Source: a virus. Taken from it: 64,000 nucleotides of DNA. This document shows, piece by piece, positions 55,211-63,400 of the stretch. The stretch is taken from IMG/VR virus record IMGVR_UViG_3300031539_000002, one strand, 5' to 3'. How positions within the stretch are numbered: the first letter of the stretch is position 1; each line of letters begins with the position of its first letter. The notes beneath the pieces were generated by a model. That model saw only the letters and a program-made list of their open reading frames with translations. It did not search any database and had not been told where the DNA came from. The position numbers and the translations under genes were made by a program.

Positions 55211-56392
55211 ATGACCCATCGTCGAATCGTCCTCACTGGAGGCCCCTGCGGGGGCAAGACCACAGCGATGTCCCGCATCGCCGAGCGCCTTGAGAACCTG
55301 GGCTTCCGAGTCTTCATGGTTCCTGAGACTCCGACCATGCTGTTCCAGGGAGGGTTCTCTCTGCACGATGTTACGCCTGCGCAGATCGTCGAACTCGAGA
55401 CGGTCTTGCTGACGACGGTGATGAACACCGAGGACTCGTTCCGACGTATCGCGAGCGTCTACGCCAACCCCGATACCGTGTTCCTTTGCGACCGCGGGAT
55501 GATGGACACGAAGGCATACGTTTCTGCCGAGATGTGGCAGACGATCCTGAGCAACCTCGGACATACTGAGGTGCAGCTCCGCGACCAGCGATACGATGCG
55601 GTCATCCACATGGTCACCGCTGCGATCGGAGCAGAGGAGCACTACACCCTCGCCAACAACACCGCCCGCACAGAGACGCCCGAGCAGGCGCGTGACCTTG
55701 ACCGTAAGACGCAGGATGCTTGGGTTGGGCACCCGCACCTGCGTGTCGTGGACAACAGTTCGGATTTCGATGACAAGGTGCGCGAGGCCATCGCGGCCGT
55801 GTGCAACGTCGTGGGCATCCCGGAGCCGCAAGAGAACGAGCGCAAGTTCCTTGTGACTTCCGTTGATGAGATCCCCGTCAAGAACGTCACCGTCGACATC
55901 GAGCAGGTGTACCTCACCACTGAGGGGAGTCCTCCGGGGCTCCCCCTCGCCGTCGAGGAGCGCGTCCGAAAGAGGGGGCGCGACGGGAGTTTCGTCTACA
56001 CGCACACGACCAAACGGCGCCAAGGTCCCGGCTCTGCCGCGGAACTCGACCGCATGATCACACCGGCCGAGCACCTGATGGCCCTGGAGCGGCGCGACCC
56101 TTTGTGCGCGACCATTCGGAAGAAACGGACGTGTTTCATCTGGGAGGGCCGGTATTTCGAGCTCGACACGTATCTCGACTGGCGCCGAGGCAAGCACGCC
56201 GACGGGGAGCCGCTCTGCGTGTTGGAATTGGAAGTCGATGCCGAGAGTTTGGATGCCACGATCCCGCTTCCCCCGTTCGTGAAAATCGAACGCGAGGTCA
56301 CCGGCGAGAACGGGTTCTCCAACCGAGAACTTGCGCAGAGCCTCGCCAGTTCCCAGCTTTGGGGTTCTCGATTAGGGTTGACGCTACCCTAA
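55211..56392 (+). CDS. P-loop kinase (AAA_28/NadR-like) fused to CYTH domain
   Basis: LTGGPCGGKTT, CDRG; ENERKFL, RVRKR, IRKKR, ELEV. Confidence 0.85.
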   Translation: MTHRRIVLTGGPCGGKTTAMSRIAERLENLGFRVFMVPETPTMLFQGGFSLHDVTPAQIVELETVLLTTVMNTEDSFRRIASVYANPDTVFLCDRGMMDTKAYVSAEMWQTILSNLGHTEVQLRDQRYDAVIHMVTAAIGAEEHYTLANNTARTETPEQARDLDRKTQDAWVGHPHLRVVDNSSDFDDKVREAIAAVCNVVGIPEPQENERKFLVTSVDEIPVKNVTVDIEQVYLTTEGSPPGLPLAVEERVRKRGRDGSFVYTHTTKRRQGPGSAAELDRMITPAEHLMALERRDPLCATIRKKRTCFIWEGRYFELDTYLDWRRGKHADGEPLCVLELEVDAESLDATIPLPPFVKIEREVTGENGFSNRELAQSLASSQLWGSRLGLTLP

Positions 56393-56425
56393 ATATGGGC
56401 TAACTCACCCTAAAAGGATAGAACG

Positions 56426-57001
56426 ATGGAAGCGAACAAGTTGAAGCAGTACTCGAAGCTGATGAGCCTCGTGCTGCGACATGACCCGGCGAAGATCGGG
56501 ATTGAATTAGACGACGCTGGGTGGACTGACGTTGCGAAGCTCGTGCGACAGGCGAACTCGGTCGAGGTCAAGAGGGGTCGCGGGCTCACGCTCGAGATCC
56601 TCCACGAGGTTGTCGAGAAGAACGACAAGAAGCGGTTTGAAATCTCCGAGGACGGACGCCGTATCCGAGCACGTCAGGGACACAGTGTCCAGGTCGAGCT
56701 CGGGGACGAGAAGCGGGAGCCTCCCGAGTTTCTCTACCACGGCACCCCTGAGAAGTTCGTCGCTGCGATTCGGTCAGGAGGGTTGCTCAAGATGAGTCGC
56801 CATGCCGTTCACCTGTCGCCCGACACGGTGACCGCCGACCGGGTGGGCTCAAGGCGAGGCAAGCCCGCGATCCTGATGATCCGAGCAAAGCAGATGCACG
56901 ACGATGGCCATGCGTTTTACTTGACCGGCAACAACGTCTGGTACACGGACCACGTCCCGACCGACTACATCGTCTGGCCGGGGCACCGTCCCAATCTCTA
57001 G
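56426..57001 (+). CDS. kptA: RNA 2'-phosphotransferase Tpt1/KptA
   Basis: LRH, KKRFE, IRARQGHS, LYHGT, RHAVHLS, NNVW. Confidence 0.95.
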   Translation: MEANKLKQYSKLMSLVLRHDPAKIGIELDDAGWTDVAKLVRQANSVEVKRGRGLTLEILHEVVEKNDKKRFEISEDGRRIRARQGHSVQVELGDEKREPPEFLYHGTPEKFVAAIRSGGLLKMSRHAVHLSPDTVTADRVGSRRGKPAILMIRAKQMHDDGHAFYLTGNNVWYTDHVPTDYIVWPGHRPNL

Positions 57002-57459
57002 GCGCCGTAGATCTTGATCGATCCGCCTTGCCCTGAGCCGGAGCCAGTGCCGGAGATAAACGTGATGTCGCCTCCTGACATGCCGTTGCCCGCAGTAAGG
57101 AACACAGACCCATCACTGACTGGCGGCGGTGGCGGCGGCGGCTTCGGCATGTCGGCTTCGGGCACCCGTTCCCATGGTCCCTCCATGACTTCGACGGTCA
57201 TGATCAGCTCCTCAACGCTCTCAACGCCCTGAGGAGAGCCTCCTCGCGAGGTTGCCACCGCAGGGCCATGTACGACTTCGGGGCGCTCTGAGAGCGGCAG
57301 ACGCCATTTCTCGAGGCGAACACGATGGCCGGCTTCGCATTGTCTCCGAGCCCATTTGAGGTCCCGTGTTCCCGGGGCTGCGTGGGCAAGGGAAGGAGCA
57401 GCAACGGCGGCCACAGCTCCGCCGAGACCAAAAGCCGAGAGGAAGTTACGCCTACGCAT
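56998..57459 (-). CDS. Tat-signal protein
   Basis: MRRRNFLSAFGLGGAVAAVAAPSLAHA twin-arginine signal with AxA cleavage site. Confidence 0.6.
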   Translation of the reverse strand: MRRRNFLSAFGLGGAVAAVAAPSLAHAAPGTRDLKWARRQCEAGHRVRLEKWRLPLSERPEVVHGPAVATSRGGSPQGVESVEELIMTVEVMEGPWERVPEADMPKPPPPPPPVSDGSVFLTAGNGMSGGDITFISGTGSGSGQGGSIKIYGA

Positions 57460-57467
57460 CCTTCACT

Positions 57468-58097
57468 CTACCGATCACGCGGCGTGTAGAGCTTCGAGAA
57501 CTCAGCGCCGAATCGGTCGTTGACGATCTTGAAAGCCTCGGGGGTGTAGTAGCTTCCCCAGGGCTTTTTGTCCTTCGTCTCGTTGTGTCGCTCGAGGGGG
57601 ACCGTGGGTAGCCCGAGAGTACCCATCAGGGCATCGAGGTCGGGCTGGAGGGTCTCGTACCGAATCAGGGTTTGGCAGTCCTGTGCGAGGTAGTAGATGC
57701 GCCCATCCTCGATGTACGGCGACTCGTGGTAGTTGCGAACGAAGTCCACGAAAGTCTTGGAGCCTCCGCGACGGACGAAGCAGCTCACGAGGAAGTCGTA
57801 GGGGTTGCGTACGACTCCGAAGATATGCTCGTCGCCGGTCACGAGTTCGTGCACGATTTCGGGGTTCCATTCGCCCGGTTTGGAGGGTTTCCAGATGCGT
57901 GTGCGAGCCCTACTGATCTGTTCCATGCGGACGGCCCCTGGTGCGCCTTTCACATCGGCGAGGCCCATGTGCTGAGGTCGCAGATCGAACGCCTCGGGGA
58001 AGACATCTTGGAGCGCGAGCACCATCGCGCTTGATCCGGTGTGGGGGTGGGCGAGGAAGAGGAATTTGCCCGGTAGAAGGACGGCCACGTTGCACAC
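57468..58097 (-). CDS. Sulfotransferase family 2-like protein
   Basis: FLAHPHTGSS (5'-PSB-like), VRNPYD..VS (3'-PB-like), RYETL. Confidence 0.7.
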   Translation of the reverse strand: MCNVAVLLPGKFLFLAHPHTGSSAMVLALQDVFPEAFDLRPQHMGLADVKGAPGAVRMEQISRARTRIWKPSKPGEWNPEIVHELVTGDEHIFGVVRNPYDFLVSCFVRRGGSKTFVDFVRNYHESPYIEDGRIYYLAQDCQTLIRYETLQPDLDALMGTLGLPTVPLERHNETKDKKPWGSYYTPEAFKIVNDRFGAEFSKLYTPRDR

Positions 58098-58205
58098 TAC
58101 CCTCGAGGTGGGTATGGTCCTGAGGTCGCGCCCTCCGTGGTGCCGCGGCTGCTGAATCTGACAGACCCCTTTTCCGCCCTGCGATGCAGGGGAGGCGATT
58201 CAGTG

Positions 58206-58892
58206 ATGGAAAACGAACAACAACAAGACGGTGTCGTCCGCATGGGCGACTTCTACGAAGACTGCCGCTACCACCCGATGCTTTGCGTCTGGAGAGACGG
58301 CGATGACTTGACCGGTGTTTCGCTTGTGACCGGGAAGATCGGGTGTTGCAGCGCGAGCCACTGCGGAGTTCAGAAGCTCGACAAATTCGATGCCCTGTAT
58401 CTGCGGATGCACGGACCACTCGATGCGTGGCCGATCGGGGAACGATGCCCGTGGCCGAAGGAACAGCAGTGGTGGAAAGAGGAGGCCGTGAAGCACTCGC
58501 AACATTCACGGTCGATCCCCATCAAGACTCCACCTGGATGGAAGATCTACCCTGGATGGTCACCTGAGGGAGGTGAGTTGTGGGAGAGCTCCGATCAGAT
58601 GCACTGGAACGAGGACATGTGGGGCGCGACTGGCGACGAGTGGGTTCTCGACATCGGGTCCTATGGGAACCACCACGTCTACACCTGCAAAGCCCTTCGA
58701 CGCCGACCGGTGCGGGAGGTGTTCCCCGAGGACTACGAAGAGACGATCAAGTTCTGGAATCTCGACGGGCCTGACGCTTTGGTCGTAAATTGGCAGGAGC
58801 CCGACGTGGAGGTTGATTTTCACGATCCAGAGGAAGCTGCTGCGTGGGCTGCTGCGTGGATGCAGCGGGGCGGTCCGCCAAAGAGCTCCTAA
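58206..58892 (+). CDS. Hypothetical protein
   Basis: GDFYEDCRYHPMLC Cys-rich N-domain, Trp-rich C-domain; GGAGG RBS. Confidence 0.6.
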   Translation: MENEQQQDGVVRMGDFYEDCRYHPMLCVWRDGDDLTGVSLVTGKIGCCSASHCGVQKLDKFDALYLRMHGPLDAWPIGERCPWPKEQQWWKEEAVKHSQHSRSIPIKTPPGWKIYPGWSPEGGELWESSDQMHWNEDMWGATGDEWVLDIGSYGNHHVYTCKALRRRPVREVFPEDYEETIKFWNLDGPDALVVNWQEPDVEVDFHDPEEAAAWAAAWMQRGGPPKSS

Positions 58893-58906
58893 ACGCCTCA
58901 GGTCTT

Positions 58907-58929
58907 GGTTTTTCGTTCTATCGAGGTCC
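58907..58929 (+). promoter_or_regulatory. Putative late-promoter motif (variant)
   Basis: GGTTTTTCGTTCTATCGAGGTCC. Confidence 0.55.
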
Positions 58930-58947
58930 ATAGGTGGGACGCCCCTC

Positions 58948-60489
58948 ATGGCTCAGCTTCGATCTGCAACCGACCAGAACCTCGTGCGCCTTTTGCGGGC
59001 CCGCGCGGAAGGTGACACTGCGTTTCGTGAATCTCTTGCGCGCGAGATTCAAGCTGAGCCGAAGTACCAAGAGTACATCCAGCGCAAGCGCCAGGAAGGC
59101 GCCTCGCAATGGCTTTCCGAAGAGGATTGGGAGGCATACGTCTTTGGCAAGGAGCCCGCGAACGAAGCTCCTGCTGAGCAGCCTGTTGAACAGGCTCCGA
59201 CTCAAGAGCAGTCCGAGGAGCAGCGGCCAAGCGAAAAAGCCGACCCAGATGCGAAGGAGGAGAAGCGAAGCGACCGTTTGATGGGTCGGGTTAAACAGTT
59301 CATCAAAAACCGGCGTCGGCAGCGTGGGAAGAAGTTCTGGGAGGCTACCCAAACGACGGGGTCGATGCCCAAGCGGTTGTTCCCGACCCGGGAGACGCGG
59401 CACCTTCCGAAGTGGGCCGCGCAAACGAGCAACAACCCTGAGCGCATCATGGCGCAAGCTCAAGAGTCACAGTCGTTGATGATTGATTGGCTCAACCGAG
59501 GCCGCGGCATCGACAAGGCTATCGGCGCCACGACCGTGCGTCGTGATGAAGACCCGAAAGCTGAGATCGACCTTTCGCAGAAGGGTCCTGTTCTTGTGAT
59601 TGGACCTCCCAAGACGAAGAAGGCGATGGAGGACAAGGTCCGGGAGCGGTACTCGCCGCGAGGAGTGCCGAATTGGAGCGAGGGAGCTGTGGACCTCATC
59701 CGTGCTTCGATCGCTGTGGATCGTTACGATGACTTGGCTGGCGTCGTGGACAAGCTCAAGGAAAGCGGCATCGAACTCGTATCGAAACCCCGAAATCGGT
59801 TTCGCCAGGCCACCGCTTCGGGGTATCGAGATGTTGTGCTCAACGCCCGACTTCCCAACGGCCACATCATGGAGCTTCAACTCCATGTGAAGCCGATGAT
59901 CAAGGCCAAAGACAAGACCCATGGTCTCTACCAAGAGATTCGAGGGCTCGACACGAAGGACAAGGACGAGCTCAACGAGGAGCAGCAAGCTTTGCTCGAC
60001 CGGGTTGCAGCGGTGCAGCGGGCTTCTTTCGATGCCGCTTGGGAGATGTCTTTGGAGGGGGTAGAGCCTGAGTCCATCTTCGATGCTCCTCTCTTCTCGG
60101 AGTCCAAGAAACCCAAGAAGCCCAAGCGACGCAAAAGAGCGGGAGAAGAAGAGGGAGAAGAGACGCTTTACTTTGACGTGGACGGCCTCCCTGTGTCGTG
60201 GGACCGCCCCAAGATCCCGAAGATCCACGGTGGCGGGGAGCCCCGCAAAGTCCAAGATCTCGCTTGGTTCATGGAGCGCGCCGTTCCTATTGCGAAGGAC
60301 GAGTTTGAGATCTTGGTCAACGCCCGCAAAGAGACGCCTCCGAAGGGTAAAGACGACAAGAGCGAGAAGAGCGAGAAGGCGGCGCGAGACCTGCATCTTC
60401 TAGCGGCCATGCGACGCCGTGCCGCAACCGATCCCGAGTTCCGAAGCGCGCTCCAGAAGGCGATGCGGGCACGGAAAGAGAACCCCTGA
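58948..60489 (+). CDS. RelA/SpoT-like nucleotidyltransferase (small alarmone synthetase-like) with tag motifs
   Basis: K..K, DLIRASI, SGYRD, ELQLH, HGLY. Confidence 0.8.
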   Translation: MAQLRSATDQNLVRLLRARAEGDTAFRESLAREIQAEPKYQEYIQRKRQEGASQWLSEEDWEAYVFGKEPANEAPAEQPVEQAPTQEQSEEQRPSEKADPDAKEEKRSDRLMGRVKQFIKNRRRQRGKKFWEATQTTGSMPKRLFPTRETRHLPKWAAQTSNNPERIMAQAQESQSLMIDWLNRGRGIDKAIGATTVRRDEDPKAEIDLSQKGPVLVIGPPKTKKAMEDKVRERYSPRGVPNWSEGAVDLIRASIAVDRYDDLAGVVDKLKESGIELVSKPRNRFRQATASGYRDVVLNARLPNGHIMELQLHVKPMIKAKDKTHGLYQEIRGLDTKDKDELNEEQQALLDRVAAVQRASFDAAWEMSLEGVEPESIFDAPLFSESKKPKKPKRRKRAGEEEGEETLYFDVDGLPVSWDRPKIPKIHGGGEPRKVQDLAWFMERAVPIAKDEFEILVNARKETPPKGKDDKSEKSEKAARDLHLLAAMRRRAATDPEFRSALQKAMRARKENP

Positions 60490-63400
60490 TGGCGGATTTC
60501 GAGTGGCAGAGTTTCTTCCTTGATGTGACGCCCGAGCCCCCGCGCTCGAAGGTGGCGCTGTCTATTTTCGATGCGCCAGATTCAGTGGAATCTGAGCCTC
60601 CTGAGAAGAAGAAAGAGCCCAAGCCCAAAGCTGAGGAGCCCAAGGCAGAGTCCAAACCGGAGGCGCCTGCGAGCATCTTTGAGACTCCGTCTGCGGAGCC
60701 GGCAGCCCCTGCCGAAGAGAAGCCTAAGGAGACGCCCGAAGAAGGGGGCCAACCTTACAGCCCTCCTGCGGGCGCACAGGACTCCGGTAAGTGGGAGGAG
60801 TTTCTCAACCTGTTTTACGAGGGCGGTAAAAAGAAGGTCAAGAACCCGAACGCGGAAACGAAGGACAAGTATCCCGAGGTTCAGCTAAGCACGGCACTCA
60901 AAGACCAAATGTTCGCCCATGGGATTCAGCAAGAGTTCCATGCGTGGCTACAGCAGGGCAAAGAAGACGATCCCGCGTCCGATGCCCCTGCGGTTGAAGA
61001 GAAGCCGAAGTCCGAGCAGAAAAAGAAGCCCAAAGTCGGCACGAAGGTCGAGAGCTTGGACCAGGTTGTCCCAGGCATGTTCATTGAGAACGCATGGGGG
61101 ACGGTCGGCAAGGTCACCTCGATGCTGCCCGATGGCGGTTTTCGCTATCGGCAGTTCGACAAGATCACAAACAAGTGGAAGGGCACGACTAAGATCGACA
61201 AGGCGAAGGCCGAGCAGTACTTCTCAGGGCAGTCGTTTACCGTCACTGAGGATCCGGCCCAAGACATCCCGAAGGGCTCCACGACGGTTCACGGCACTGA
61301 TGTCACGCCAGGGGATACCGTCTGGTTCAACGGTGACCCCCGCAAGGTCAAGAAGGTTGAGGAGGACCCGAACAAGCACGGCTACCGGTATCAGCTAGAG
61401 GACGGCACTTGGGTCAACATGCACGACGTGGAGGGGCCCAAGATGGAGTCCCCACACTCGTACGTCTACCACCAGCCCGGTGATCCCGAACCGGAGCCAG
61501 AGCCCTCGGCCGAAACCCCTAAGCCCAAGAAGAAGGAGAAGGTTGACGTTGGCGATAAGGTTGAGACCTCTTCGCAGCTCACCGAAGGGGATTGGCTTGA
61601 GAGCTTCGACGCCGATGACCCGAGTGAAAAGTATCTCGGCAAGGTCACTGAGGTGGTTGAGGGGGGTCCCTTCGGAGAGAAGGGGGAGTATGGCCCTGGG
61701 GTCATGATCCAAGACTACAGCGCCGTGACCGGGAAGATGTCGGGCAAGCCTTGGTTCCTTTCAGATGAGAAGTTGCCAGAAGGGGACACGACGAAGGTCA
61801 AGCCTCCGAAGGTCAAGAAGGGACTGACGGGCAAAGAGGTCACTGACTCCAAGAAGCTCCAAGAAGGCGACGTTCTTCGTATCCATGAGTACGACGGTGG
61901 CAAGACGTACACGGCCCAGGTCATCAAGAACGATGACGGCTGGATCGTTTACAACATCGTGAACCCCAAGACCGGAAAGGTCTCGGATACTCGCACGGTC
62001 TCACCGCAGACGTTTGCGGACGAGCTCCAGGTTGCACGTTTGCCTGCGTCGAAGGTCCCCAAGAAGCTCAAGCCGATGTCGAAGACGAACGATGACGGCT
62101 CCGTCAACCCGTTCGCGCTCGTCATGGAGCAGCACGCCGAGAAGGAGCTGGCCAAGGCGAAGGCCAAGAGCAAGGAGCAGACCGAAGACCTTCAAGAGGA
62201 CGCGGACCCTCCGGCTGCTGCGCCCAAAAAGGACAAGCCCAAAGGCAAGACCAAGAAGGTCGACAAGGGCAAGTGGAAGCTCCAGACGGAGCAAGTCGGT
62301 TGGGACGACATCAAAGTCGGTGACATGGTCCACACGGCGGACTACGGGCCGCAGCGCGTCGTGGGCCATACGGGAAGCGGCGTACGCCTTGAGAGTGGCG
62401 TTGTCCTTACGAAGAGCCAGCTCAAAAAAGACAAGGGTCAGTTCACCGTTTCCCGAGGAGACAAGCCACAGAAGGCTAAGGCACCTCCGATTCCCGAACG
62501 TCCGCAAGGGAAACTCGTCTCGAAGGCGGATACTGTTCAAGAGGGCGATGTCATCGAGTACGAGCACAACGGCACCACCTACCGTGGTGAGGTTGTCTCG
62601 TGGGACACCCTTGGAGAGAAGTTCCGCGTTCGCATCATCTATCCGCCTGAATACGTCGCCAAGTACGAGACCTACGACGAGGCGACGGGTGAGAAGAAGT
62701 TCAAGACCCCTTCGTTCGACCAAGCCAAGATTGACAAGCGCAAGCCTCGAATCCTCTCGAAGGATGAGATGAAGGCGTACGACGCCAAGGTCAAGGGGTA
62801 CACGCAGAAGATCAAGGACATCGACAAGCAGTATTCCGAAGATGTGGCGGAGTACGAGGCCGCGATGTCGGGTCAGGAAACGGTCACCACGGGGCCGCTT
62901 CAGCACCTTGAACCCCCCAAGGATTGGAACCACGACAGCACCATTGCGCATGACGCTGACCGATTCTTTGAGCAGTACAAGGCGATGCTTGGAGATAAGA
63001 TCGAGTCCATTGTGGGCGGGATGTCCTCGGGCAAGTCCTACTGGTCGGGGACATCTGCCATGTGGGACGAGATGTCCGAAGGAGAGCGTAAGCTCGCGCA
63101 GTCGGCCCACGATGCGGCACCTGAGTTCAGGAAGCTGTTGACTACGGAGGAATGGAGTGCGTGGCAAAGCGCGCTCTCAACTTGGCAGGGCTCGAGCGGA
63201 GGCTCGACCGCACATACGCTGATGGGTGGCCTTGAAAACCTCGGGGTCGAGGGAGGCCCCAAGTATTTTGAGTCCTCAAACGTGCAGCATTACCGGGAAG
63301 AGGGGCGCAAGAACGAGGCGCTCCATCGCGCGATCTCCAAGGCGATGGCGTACAGCCAGCTCGTCTACGACGCTCTTGGCGTGAAGGACGTATCCCTCTA

